A stretch of 61,631 bases of DNA, filler included, from Squatina squatina (taxonomy: Eukaryota): the NCBI GenBank assembly GCA_031763465.1. It is 4 parts of 4 records of this genome, joined end to end, with 100 filler letters (N's around TTAATTAATTAA, not from the genome) between each part and the next. Parts side by side here need not be neighbours in the genome. Positions count along the whole stretch, not along the records: positions 16,416 to 30,215 come from JARFOE010000013.1; positions 30,316 to 47,617 come from JARFOE010000121.1; 2 more parts are not named here. The stretch is one strand, 5' to 3'. Below, piece after piece: positions 24,712 through 37,072 of this stretch. Under the pieces are notes generated by a model that was given only the letters and a program-made list of their open reading frames with translations, was not told where the DNA came from and did not search any database. Both the position numbers and the translations under genes were made by a program. Each line of letters begins with the position of its first letter. Position 1 is the stretch's first letter.

Positions 24712-27700
24712 GTAAGCAGAGTTCGTACCTGTTCTGTTTTCATTTCAACTTGTGAGTACCTTGCTACCGAAATGAGAGATAGTTTAATCATCATATCTCA
24801 TTTTTTCTTTTTGTTCAATCTCCACACATAAGGAGATCTCGAGCATTTCCCTTCATTATAGCTTGGGTGATTTTCCCCGTAAATCTGTCTTCTGTCACAG
24901 ACTCACTTCATATTTTATTGTTCCTTTTCATCTCCTGTTATCAGCATTCTCTGATATCTGAGAGCTTTTCTCCATTATGTTTATAAATGATCTGTGTTTC
25001 TATTGCAGTATTGGAGTCTTTTCATAAAATGATCCAATATTTCCAGCATGGAAACAGGCCACTCGACCCATCGACTCTGAGCTGGTGTTTGTCTTCAAAT
25101 GAACCACCCAATATAATCCCACTCTCTTGCTTGCTCCTCATATCCTTTTAATAGTCCTCTATTTCAAGCAACAGTTCCCTTTTTAAAAGAATTTCTGNNN
25201 NNNNNNNNNNNNNNNNNNNNNNNNNNNNNNNNNNNNNNNNNNNNNNNNNNNNNNNNNNNNNNNNNNNNNNNNNNNNNNNNNNNNNNNNNNNNNNNNNCCT
25301 CAAGACAGTCTTACCAGGATCATGGGGCTGGAGTACACAATCTAATCATATACAATATTAGCAGCCTGTTTCTTCATGCAGTTGAGAAATTCATTTCAAA
25401 GCCTTATGAAAATAGTAGGTGGTCCCAAGTATTGACTTCCTGGTTGAGGATCCAGATAAAGCCACAGCCCATGCATTTATTAGAACAGAAACCTTCATTA
25501 ACAAATTTGCCTCTACTGTGTCACCTCGCTAATGATGGGGCAGCAATATTCAAGACAAATTCCCCAAAACAGGGTAGAGATTGGGCAGTGCTTAGCAACA
25601 GTACCAGGCACCCATAATAGAATAAAACTCCCAGTATGACAGTTGGACAGACACTAAAATGCTGATTTGGTCACATGAACATCCGTTCTCAACCTGGAAA
25701 TAGGAGGCATTGGGGTCAATGCAATAGTACTACAGGGGTGCATCACACTCCACTCCAGTTGGTTGTTTCAGCCCTGTGCATAGGTTCCAGAATCCCCCTA
25801 CAGTATTTTGTTGGTGTCAAATTTAACCACAAGCAGCAATGGTAGGGGGAACCTGTGACTTTCATACCAGGTGGGCGTGAGCTACCGCAAAACAGGCAAA
25901 CAAGATCTGTTTTGTTGGTTTTTTTTTGCCAAAGCAGCATGTGTACATGTGCAAATGTCAACCCCTAGCCTGACTCTCTTCATACCCCAAATAAAAGTTT
26001 ACATGCTCTTGTGGTTTGAAAGACACAATTAATTACAAGTCAGCCACAATATTTTATTCAGATGTGAATATACCAATTTGAAGACAGGTTGGGCATGGGA
26101 TGCCACATTTTAAGACTATGACAATATTTGGTCCAATAACATTCATAAGTAGTGGTTACTCTTTCCATTCTTTGCACCAGTCGATGCATCACAACACATG
26201 CACAATCATTTACTTGGGACAACTCCATACAGAACACAAAGTTTAACATTGGGCGTTTCCACCTACATTNNNNNNNNNNNNNNNNNNNNNNNNNNNNNNN
26301 NNNNNNNNNNNNNNNNNNNNNNNNNNNNNNNNNNNNNNNNNNNNNNNNNNNNNNNNNNNNNNNNNNNNNGGTAGGAGTTCTAAAAGGTGCCATCACAAGG
26401 CTGTACATAAAATATAAACAAAACTATTTACAATAATCCAAAAACTTAACTACACAATTGCTGTGAATTCCCTTCACTTTATTTCTCCACAATTAAAATC
26501 AGGTTATTAAAAACTGGAATGCCAATATACTTTTAAGTGTAAATTACTAACCCAGCCCAGTATTTGGTTTGGAAAATACTTCCATCACCAAGTAATTGAC
26601 TGGAAGGCTTTTCCCCAGAGCCCCGCAGATCTACATTTCAGGGAGACAGAAGCAGCGTTCTCCCATGTTAGGGAGGGCAACCCTTAGCAGAATAAATCTG
26701 ACACCCACTACTAATTGAAACACAGCTGATTTACCAATGGATTAGGAAGGATTTAGAAAGCTAATCCCCACTGAGTTTAACAGGAAACATTCCATGGACT
26801 ATTTCTATAAATGATTGAAGTTCTGATTACAGATCAATCATTTATTCAGATACAGTCAGCACTGACCATCCCTTCTACTCATCATCACAAATGTGTGGCT
26901 GGTGCCATGAAATGTGAATCTGCAGGTGTCTGTGGATCATCCCCTACTACAGCAGGAAGGGAGTGGGAAGCATTTCAAACCTTACACTGCAGGACATAAG
27001 CAGCAAGTACTTCACATTTAAATCACAACTACACTGACATTGTCCTTCCAACAAATCACATCTTATTGGCCTGCAAGAGTCAACACAACTTTATTTATTT
27101 CCAGTCACTATACCATATGGCTTACCCCGCAGAACTGACAGAACAAGTAAATGCAAACATGTACATAGACTAAGACAGGCTAGNNNNNNNNNNNNNNNNN
27201 NNNNNNNNNNNNNNNNNNNNNNNNNNNNNNNNNNNNNNNNNNNNNNNNNNNNNNNNNNNNNNNNNNNNNNNNNNNNNNNNNNNNNNNNNNNNNNNNNNNN
27301 NNNNNNNNNNNNNNNNNNNNNNNNNNNNNNNNNNNNNNNNNNNNNNNNNNNNNNNNNNNNNNNNNNNNNNNNNNNNNNNNNNNNNNNNNNNNNNNNNNNN
27401 NNNNNNNNNNNNNNNNNNNNNNNNNNNNNNNNNNNNNNNNNNNNNNNNNNNNNNNNNNNNNNNNNNNNNNNNNNNNNNNNNNNNNNNNNNNNNNNNNNNN
27501 NNNNNNNNNNNNNNNNNNNNNNNNNNNNNNNNNNNNNNNNNNNNNNNNNNNNNNNNNNNNNNNNNNNNGCTACATGTAGAGCTACAAAGTGTTCCATTGA
27601 CTTAAACTGCATTTAGCTCCATTAATAACATACAACAGGTTGATGTTAAACCCCTAAGTTAATACAGATATTAAAATTCTGCCCTGCTTACGTTTTTCTT

Positions 27701-27896
27701 GTTGGGAAATTAAAGCAGTAGCAAGCAGCATGCACAAAGACCATGCGTTGTCAAGATATCGAGCAAACAAATTCAAACATAGCAATAAATAACTCTCAAA
27801 GCCCATTTAAAAGCTTAAGACTGAAAAAAGATTTCACTGTGTCAAGAAAGTCACAAACTGTAACTAGCAAGAATAGTTAGATCAGGTTGAAACTAT

Positions 27897-28157
27897 TTAA
27901 ATAACTTGACAGCAGCTGGTCTGACTGGAGGTACACAGCAGCCCATCCTTGGGGCTCCGCTGAATATTCACAGAAATCGTTTTCTCGCAGAGAGGTAGCT
28001 GTAGAACATTGTTCTTCAAGTTCATGTTGTTCTCTTTTGACATTTCAAGCTCATTCAACAGGTCAGCCATTTGGTCAGAATAGGACTTGCTGCTGCCGGA
28101 GGGGGAGGTTCGCTCTACAATATTGCTCGAGGTGATGCACATTTTCCAGGCTGATTT
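27897..28157 (-). CDS. SNRK: SNF-related kinase, C-terminal part of last exon (5' side in gap)
   Basis: LKNNVLQLPLCEKTISVNIQRSPKDGLLCTSSQTSCCQVI* matches the recalled SNRK C-terminus; convergent with ANO10 as in human. Confidence 0.93.
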   Translation of the reverse strand, partial: KSAWKMCITSSNIVERTSPSGSSKSYSDQMADLLNELEMSKENNMNLKNNVLQLPLCEKTISVNIQRSPKDGLLCTSSQTSCCQVI

Positions 28158-28479
28158 NNNNNNNNNNNNNNNNNNNNNNNNNNNNNNNNNNNNNNNNNNN
28201 NNNNNNNNNNNNNNNNNNNNNNNNNNNNNNNNNNNNNNNNNNNNNNNNNNNNNNNNNGTTAACGTTCGCAACTTCCAAGACCTAGCTTCTACGATCAGCC
28301 AGATTACTCTAGAGAGCGAATGACGTTGATATTCTCAGCATCACTTTCCCCACCAGAAAGGAGGTAATCGCAGGGCTGTTAGACAGCTACTGACAGAGTC
28401 TTGGCACAGACTGCTTAGAACTTTTACATCTACGGTATGCGTCAGCAAAAGGAATTGGCACTGAAAGACTCAACATGAA

Positions 28480-28720
28480 CAATGCATTACTACATAGCGC
28501 CTTTCACGACCGCAGGATGTCCCAAAGTGCTTTAGTCAATTAAAAGCTTTTTTGCAAGTGTCGTCACTGCACACAGCAAGCTCCCACGAACAGCAACACA
28601 TTTAGGTTTCAAAATAGTGCTGTGGGAACTTTTACGCCCACCAAGAGCAGACAGGGCCTCAGTTTAACGCCTCAACCGAAAAACGGCACCTCAGACAGTG
28701 CAGCACTCTCACTACGACAC
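28480..28720 (-). mobile_element. Deu-domain SINE, internally deleted copy
   Basis: Tail (atagcgcctttcacgacc...ggatgtcccaaagtgcttt) and core (gggcctcagtttaacg...ggcacctcagacagtgcagcact). Confidence 0.7.
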
Positions 28721-28739
28721 TGGGTGCCCCATAGTTCGA

Positions 28740-29330
28740 CATTTCCCCCATGAGGGTAAACATCCCCTCAGCATCGACCCTGCCAAGCCCCCTCAGAATC
28801 TTCTGTTTCAATAAGATCAGCTCTCATTCTTCTAAACTCCAATGAGTAAAGGCCCAACCTACTCAGCCTTTCCTCATAAGACAACCCTTCCATCTCTCAA
28901 CTGCCTCTAATACAAGGATATCCCTCCTTAAATAAGGGGACCAAAACTATACACAGTACCCTTGGTGTGGTCTCACCAATGCCCCGTACAGTTGTAGCAA
29001 GACTCCCATATGTTGATACTCCATCCCTTTTGCAATAAAGGCCAACACTCCATTTGCCTTCCTAATTACTTGCTGTACCTCCATGCTCATTTTTTTGTGT
29101 TTCATGTCCAAGGACACCCAGATCCCTCTGTACCACAGTGTCTCTCATTTAAATAATATTTTGCCACATTATACTTCATCTGCCAAATTTTTGCCCACTG
29201 GCTTAACCGATCTATATCCCTTTGCAGACTCTTTGTGCCCGCCTCACAGCTTACTGTCCCACCTATCTTTGTATCCTCAGCAAACCTGGATGCATTACAC
29301 TTGGTCCCTTCATTTAAATCCTTAATATAG
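28740..29330 (-). mobile_element. CR1 LINE fragment
   Basis: DLNEGTKCNASRFAEDTKIGGTV...LQRDIDRLSQWAKIWQMKYN. Confidence 0.9.
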
Positions 29331-30215
29331 CAGCCTCTCTGCTGCTTATGGATGAGAGATTTTTGGGTGGAGGGGAGACTTGGTTTGGGCTTGGCCAAGA
29401 CAGCTATCCTGTTGTGTCGCCGGGTGAAACAAGAGAACCTGTTGAGGGAGGGAGGAACAGGGAGAAGATCCCGTTAACACAATGTGGTAGAAACAGTGAG
29501 ATCAACCTGTTATACAGTGAGAAGAGGAGATTTGGGGAGAAACCCAGTGGGGGTGAGGAGCTATCTTGGGCTCTCTTCAGAAGGTTGTCATTAGGGTTTA
29601 GTGTGACCACACTATAAAACATTGACTCATCATGAACAGCATCACAGGAAACCTGTGTGAGTGTGCGTGACAGATAGCGAGACAGTGGATGCTTAAACAT
29701 TCGTTGCTGTATTCTGAACACAGACAGCCAAACAGTATTTGACACAAATAGCATTCATGACTAAATCTTTTGCTGTACTTGAGAAAACCGTTTTTGCACT
29801 ATTTTATTCATACTGCGCACAAGGCTGGTTTGCAGCTCTTTTCTGCATTAATATCAGCTGGTTGGCTGTGGAAAAAGTTGATCTTGTGTTTATTTCCATC
29901 CTTGTTCCTGACTCTTGGGGAGTTGCAGGAGTACTGCATGTGACCAACCTTTGGGATGCTGGCAAATTGTAGGAAGCCAGCCATGGAAGCAACAGAACAG
30001 GGGAGTAACTTGGATACAGCTGGGAGGATAGCATCAATCAGATAGCTATTAAAGAACCGTCAACACTTCCAACTCAATATTGATCCAGGCAGAATTGGCT
30101 GAAGGTGGGCAGACCCAAAAGTTGGGATCTTGTTGCTGTTTAATCCTTGACAAAAGAAATGTTTGATTTAATGTATTGGTGTCGGAGGGCTGTAGAATAT
30201 ATCTGTAAAATACGC

Positions 30216-30315
30216 NNNNNNNNNNNNNNNNNNNNNNNNNNNNNNNNNNNNNNNNNNNNTTAATTAATTAANNNNNNNNNNNNNNNNNNNNNNNNNNNNN
30301 NNNNNNNNNNNNNNN
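30216..30315. other. Artificial scaffold-joining linker
   Basis: N44-TTAATTAATTAA(30260-30271)-N44. Confidence 0.97.
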
Positions 30316-33294
30316 TTTGACTTTGTGTAATTGAGTAGGCTAAGGAGGGGACAGTTCTGTTCAGAGCTGAAGGTTAAAAAAGGTAGAGAGCCTGATAACA
30401 CCCCATAGAGCCTCACACAGTATATCAGTGCAAAAGCAAACATGGGTCTCCAAACTCTGCTCTTTCAAGGAAAGAGGATTATTTGTCTCTGTCATCTGGC
30501 CTTTATGGCTCATTTAACATCTTAAACAGGCTGCATAAATTAAAACTGTTCATTGGGCACACAATTCCCATATTAAACACAGTTTCCCCAATTAACAAGG
30601 GAGGTTTTGTTTGGTTCTTTAGCAGTCGGGTCTTTAAGCGATTGAATGTCTTTGGATTACGTTTTAGCTACAAAGTCACAAGAAGAAGTTATCATAGCTC
30701 AAATGATAATGTTTGATATAAGCATAACAATTATAAGTTTATAAATTTATGAGAATGAAGCCCTATAATCTTGGTGTCCATAGAGTGATATTGTTGTGCA
30801 AATTGTCCTCTCATGTACTCAACAATCGTATTGTGACTAAAAGAGGCATCATATAGATGTTGGGACTATTTCCCTTGTAACGGAACTAATATATCACTCG
30901 AGTAGTATATAAACATATATGTTCAGTTGTGAGTACATGATAACGCAGCCATATGCCCTCTAGTTTTTACAATAGGAAGTGAAGGTTTACTGAAAGAGCT
31001 GTCTGTCTCCAGTGAAACTATGCACCTATATAATGACAGACCATAGCAAATTTTAAATCCCCTTATTGTAGCCGAATACAGAAAAGCACATCATTGAAAT
31101 AGAATGGCAATGAACTGCACTTGAATGGTCGCTGCAGAATTTGAACCTCACTCTGAATGCACACAGCCTAAGGCTGCAGCCAGATTATTTGGATGGCAAA
31201 GTAGTAATGTTGAATTTTTCTTTTTTTCCGGTAGCCTTGTGAAAGACCCTGATTGACTGTAAGCCAATAAGAGTGCGGCGGATGCATAAGCAGACATTGT
31301 TTTCCCTATAATAAAGACTTTACTGCCTTGAGCCAAGCTGTTTATGACATTGGGAATGTGTGGTCCCAGTAAACCTGGTCAGAAATGTTACACAGAAAAC
31401 GTAGTGGACAATGATCCTCATTCAGAAGTGGATTCAAACTCTTTCCTCTTTACACAGGCAGTGTGTATCGGAGGAGTGGTGGGGGGGGGGGGTGCGGCGC
31501 GGGAGGGGAATTCATCTTAAGGCACNNNNNNNNNNNNNNNNNNNNNNNNNNNNNNNNNNNNNNNNNNNNNNNNNNNNNNNNNNNNNNNNNNNNNNNATCA
31601 ACCCTCAGCAGCATCCACACCCCAAAATAGGAAATCTCACCCAAGCCCATAATCGTGTGTTGATAGGTGGAATTAGTTTCAGAATTCTAATGAGGCTCAG
31701 CAGCTGGGAGACGGACAGTTCATTTAAAGATTAAATGAGAAAAATTACCGCTTTTGCCGGTTCCTTTAGAAACTCATTTACATTCTGTCAGCTTCTATTA
31801 GGAATGAGGACAGTGAATTTTGAAGGAAATATGCATGAATACGGCACCGAGGAAGCCAATCAGAGGAGCCACCTTCCTGCTTACAGGGCTGCCAGAAGAT
31901 TTTTACGGTGCTGAGCTCGCTGGAAGCAGCAGGCAGTAAGTAATCTGCTCTCCACAAATCCTATAGTGTCAGTAAAATAAAATTCAATTTAACTTCAGTA
32001 TCTGTGCGGAATCACTGAGGGATAAATTTGCTAAACCCTGAGTTTTGAGTAAGCTGGTTAAATGCTTCTCTATGTACTAACAGGCTGAGGTTATTAAACA
32101 AAAGCACAGCACTATATTATGCCCCTGCTATTTGTGATGTAGATTTTAAGAACGAAGAGCTGGTTAACCCTATGCATTCAACAGGATCCTTTGAAAAACA
32201 TTCTATACTTCACGTAAAATATGAGCACATCATTGAAAATGCACTAAGTTCACTCTTTATACATTTTTTCATCTTCTCCCATCCCCCCCCCAGTTGAGAG
32301 GGAAACCTATTCCTTGCTGATGCTATTCTTGAGCAGGCGACTATGAAGCATGCAAGAGTAGTCGTGGGTTGCCTGCTGCTCCCCACCTCTGATGTAATCT
32401 CTTCCTTGTAGGCTCAAGTGCTGAGAGTGTCGTGCCAAATTTATTTTGCGACTCCGCCGCTCTGGGTAGAAATGTTTGTTTACTGACAGTGGCCATTTTG
32501 GATAATGTTTGGAAATGGTAGAAGTGTGAAACAAAATGGTTGGATAAAGTGTGATTCACACTTGAAAATCAGACCATTGAAACTGTCCCAGAGCATCTTA
32601 TTCTACACCTAATAACAAATGTGCAATTCTGACTTTGCATTTGAACTTACTGTGATGACGCTACTAGTATAGCACTAAGCTATTACTAGAATCCTTATGG
32701 TTTGGTATGATACTCTGTTCCCCGAGCTGGATTTCAGCTTGGGTTTGTACAGGCATAATCAGTGCCCAGAAACCTCTTTTGGTAAGGAAGCAAAACTGGA
32801 TCCTACTCCTGGTGTAGCATTGTGCGAATATATAAATATTTATTTCAACGAATATACAACATGTTTGGGTGCCAGAGGTAGTATATTTGGTCAGGAATGC
32901 CCTAGGAATGGTTGCATACATCCNNNNNNNNNNNNNNNNNNNNNNNNNNNNNNNNNNNNNNNNNNNNNNNNNNNNNNNNNNNNNNNNNNNNNNNNNNNNN
33001 NNNNNNNNNNNNNNNNNNNNNNNCCCTAACTAATTTCCATACTTTGATGTAGAGGTTTCATGGATTTTCTTGCATTTATCCAAAGCCCAGCAACTCAGAA
33101 CAACTGTCTTCAGCACCTGAAAGAACAGAACTGAATTTCTACACCTTACTTGCATTCCAGCTATTGCAACTACAATACTTAACATGCTGGTATGAAATTG
33201 TTTTGCCTACAATATGAACAGAGGCTTTAATCATTTCTTTTAAAGAACTCGGTCGATCAAAATATTCAAAATGATTTTTTTTTTGGAACTATAG

Positions 33295-35328
33295 GGGGTG
33301 AAATTGGACTCGGTAGCACCCATTTTGGGGGCGCTGCAAAGCCCCTTAGGTTCCAAAATGGCATTCGTGGCACTCTCGTACACATCTGATGTGAAGTGCG
33401 CTGAATGCCATACTGGTAAAGGGGTTAACGCACACACTCCTAACGTCCACTGGATGCATGCAGATCATAACATCAATCAGCGTGCAACACTGATTTGAGG
33501 CCATGCTGCCATTTTGGACCTCCACGCTCCAGCCTACACCCTCCGCTAAGCTTGCACAGCTGTACACAACATTAAGCAGCATGAAGGATCCCCCCACCAG
33601 TGTAATTTACGGGGATCATCAACTACGTACAGTTTAGTTTTGGGTTTATTTCTTCTGAATGTTGCTGCAATTCTACATATTTTGGGTGCTTTTTATAGTT
33701 GGTTAAAGTTTCAAGGGCCTGAAATTCGGTGGGGTGCACAATTCGCTTAACACCTACATAAGGCGTTAATGGGGCGCTAAACAATCTTAAGGTGTTAAAT
33801 CTTCATTTAACGCCACCAGCAAAATTCGCTAGGTCAAAAATTTAGGTGCTAAAGTTTTGTGCCTCAGCGGCCAGGCGAGATCATCTTTGCGCCTCCGATG
33901 GCGCGCAGCTCCTCGTTGGCGCTCACAATGACATTCCCCAAACTTTTTACCTAAACAGTCCTCCCAAATGCAACCCCTAGAAACGTTGGCGCTACACCTC
34001 TGATGGATCCGGCCACCATCTTGGTGGAGGCGCAAAACATAGGGGACTGAGCTTTGACTCCTAGCGGCTGCAGGGTAACTTCTCAGAGGCCAATCTGGCA
34101 CCTGAGGGTTCTTCACCAGACCCTTTACAATAACCTGACCTGATGTGGCCCCTGCAATGGGCACCCATCAGCCACTGCTCTGCCCCTGCAGCTGCCCCCA
34201 ATCGGCCTGACTTCTGCCTGCCATCGGCCTGACTTCAACCTGACTTCGGCCTGCCATCGGACCCTGATTTCACTCCGTTCGTGCCCCCTTTTGTGCTCTG
34301 ATTGGCCCCTGCGACTGCCCAAGTCCGAGGAACAGAAACTGCCCAAGTCAGAGGTGCAAAATCTGCCCAAGTCCAAGTTGCCGAATCTGCACAAGTCACC
34401 ACTTCACCTACCTGTCCGATGATCTCTGCCGTCTTCAGCCGAAACCTCCGTGCTCCTTGGACGACTCAGCCTTCTCTTTCTTCTCCGATCGTTCGCCAAC
34501 TCTTGACCAGCGGTATTCCGATATGGAAAAAAATTCTGCCCGACTACTTGCCTCTGACTTCCCTGAGCTACAACATCTGCAAAGGTAGGTTTGTGCCACA
34601 CCTCCGGGACCCGCGGGGACTCTAACCTACCTGCTCCTAAAGTGGCTGCTTTCCGACTGCCGATCTCGCCTTCATTAAAAAAGTGCCAAAATTTCCAACA
34701 TTGTTGCGTCCGAATGGAGGCGCTACTGACCTGAAATCTTTAAGCGTTAGGCCTCCGCGGAGGCATCCGGGAATTTCACCCCATAAGTGTTTTTCCCTCC
34801 ACACCAAATAAGGTAAGACAACTGAACAAGTCTTGATTACTTTCAGTTTCACTTTAACAAGCCTTGTTTACTTTTACATTTTGTTTCCGTTTCCATTCTC
34901 AACACACCCAGGCCTTTACTGACAGTCAGATAACATTACTTTAAAATACAGAACTCACATTATCTTTTAAACACTGTTAGAAACTTTGATAATACATAGA
35001 ACATTTGAGAAATGAATAAACCTAACATTTGCTGCTGTTGAATGCATGTGCAGCTGCACGAGGTTAACACAAGGCGTTAGCTCCAGTGTTGATGACAAAA
35101 ATGGCAGAGCTGGTATCAAATCAATGTTGCACACTGATTGACGTCACAATCTGTCCATTCTACATGCTTCTGGCGCATGGTCCCAACGCCGACGCGAACG
35201 CCCTCACCAAGATGGTGTTCAGCGCGGCACACACTAGAAGTCTGTGTGCATGGAATGGATGCTGTTTTCTTCACAACAGCACCTGTAATGCCAAAAAATC
35301 AGGTGTCACGGAGCCGAATTTTTCACCC
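33295..35328. mobile_element. Non-autonomous DNA element with long (~300 bp) imperfect terminal inverted repeats, containing a nested element
   Basis: Ends ggggtgaaattggactc / gagccgaatttttcaccc; internal inverted match catcaatcagcgtgcaacactgatttga (~33471) vs tcaaatcaatgttgcacactgattgacg (~35117). Confidence 0.7.
33715..34782. mobile_element. Nested MITE-like element with short TIRs and internal 22- and 24-bp tandem repeats
   Basis: Ends gggcctgaaattc / gaatttcacccc; GC/CpG-rich relative to flanks; repeats atcggcctgacttc (34201-34262) and ctgcccaagtc (34315-34397). Confidence 0.6.
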
Positions 35329-36850
35329 TTAATATTTTACATTTTTTTAAATCTTCAACAACAATTATAAGCTAAAGGAATGAAACTCCACATTTGTAAT
35401 AGGAGATTTTCAGCACCAGAAAGGTTGATTGGCAGTAATTAACAATTAGCACATTGTTAAAAGAATCTCTGACAGCTAATCCAGGCTTAATTACATATGC
35501 ACAGACTTTAACTGGCTCCAAGACAGGCTCCTTGTGTCACTTCAGACCAGCCCTACCTTTCTGTGGCAAGTTTAGTTCATGCCGATTGCACCATCTAGTT
35601 TACAATTCTTTTAATTCTCTAGACAAACAGTATGTACTTGCTCAATTTATTTTTGTTTTGTTTAACCAGTATCATTATGGTAATTATCTGAACACTATCA
35701 GTACAAATGTTCTAAAACTATGAAGCAAGATTAGAATATTTGTGGCTTGTACACAGAGAGTACTGGAAATTTGTAATTATTCTGAATTGGAATAGATTTT
35801 TCACATGCAATTTAATATAATTAAATGTGGTTAATTATTAATATCTGGGAGAAAGTGCATCATAGAAAAGGACTCATTCCTATTCCGTGCAAGTCTACAG
35901 CAAGGAAAGTATTTACGCAAGTTGATGTATTTTCAACATGAAGTAGCTATATATTGAATTATGCTATTATGGAGGATCAATTTGTTGAATATTTTTCCAT
36001 TATGAGTGTACGCCACAGGTAAATTTGTGCCACATTGTCTTTTATAAAAACTAAAAAGCACTGACAGGTGCATGATTACCTGAGGCACAGGAAACGTCAC
36101 CCAGACAATACATTTATTAAATTTCCATTCTTTAAATCATGATAGCGCCAATGTGCTTTAAGGTAATTTTTCATGTCATAAGCATGCAATTACACCTGAG
36201 AGGACTAAAAGCTTATTTAGAAAAAATATTACTTCAAATCATACTGTAAGCTTCAATTCATCAACTATTATTTATATTAATGGAGAATTGGAATGAATAG
36301 TATAACCTACGCATTCTGATGGCTAATATTTTAGACTTTGCAGCAGACGTGTTAGTTTGAGTTTAAATTATGATACTTGATAGAATGTTGGGGACAGGGT
36401 TTTGCTGCTATCTTGAGGTGAAACTTGTTTATTAATTCTGCACTTGATGTGAAAGTTTTCTGCAGCTGAATCAAATTGGTATGCAAGATGCATTACATCC
36501 TGTTTGCTCATAGGCAGTCATGGGTGTATTTCCTCCTTTTTGAAATCAGAGAGTTGATGTTGCCATTTTAAGAATTTTAATAGGAACTTTGCAAAACATG
36601 TCTTCATAGTCAATGCTGTTATACAACGTTGGAATACAGCTCCTGCAATTTGCTGCAATGGTATAAAGCAGCACAAGTTGTGAAAGCAATGCAATGACTC
36701 TTAAGCCAGGAAGCTATTCCAAGCATTCATTTTATAGAAAATATAAATGAGACTCAGGGCTAGAAATTCATCTCCTGTTGCACCCCATTAGCGTCTGCAA
36801 GGGGTGCTAATGGGGCATACAGGAAAAAATAGCGCCNNNNNNNNNNNNNN

Positions 36851-37072
36851 CCCAGAGCCCTCCAAATTTTTCCTTTACAAGTTTATTTCTAATTTCTTTT
36901 TGAAAAGTCACCATTGAATCTGCTTCCACCACCCTTTCGGGCAGTGCATTCCAGAGCATAACAACTGGCTGCATAAAAAAAAACTCCTCATCTACCCTTG
37001 ATTTTTTTGCCAAGTATCTTAAATCTGTATCCTCTGGTTGCCGACCCTCCTGCCAGTGGAAACAGTTCTTCA
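36851..37072 (-). mobile_element. CR1 LINE 3' fragment
   Basis: FFMQPVVMLWNALPERVVEADSMVTF. Confidence 0.85.
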
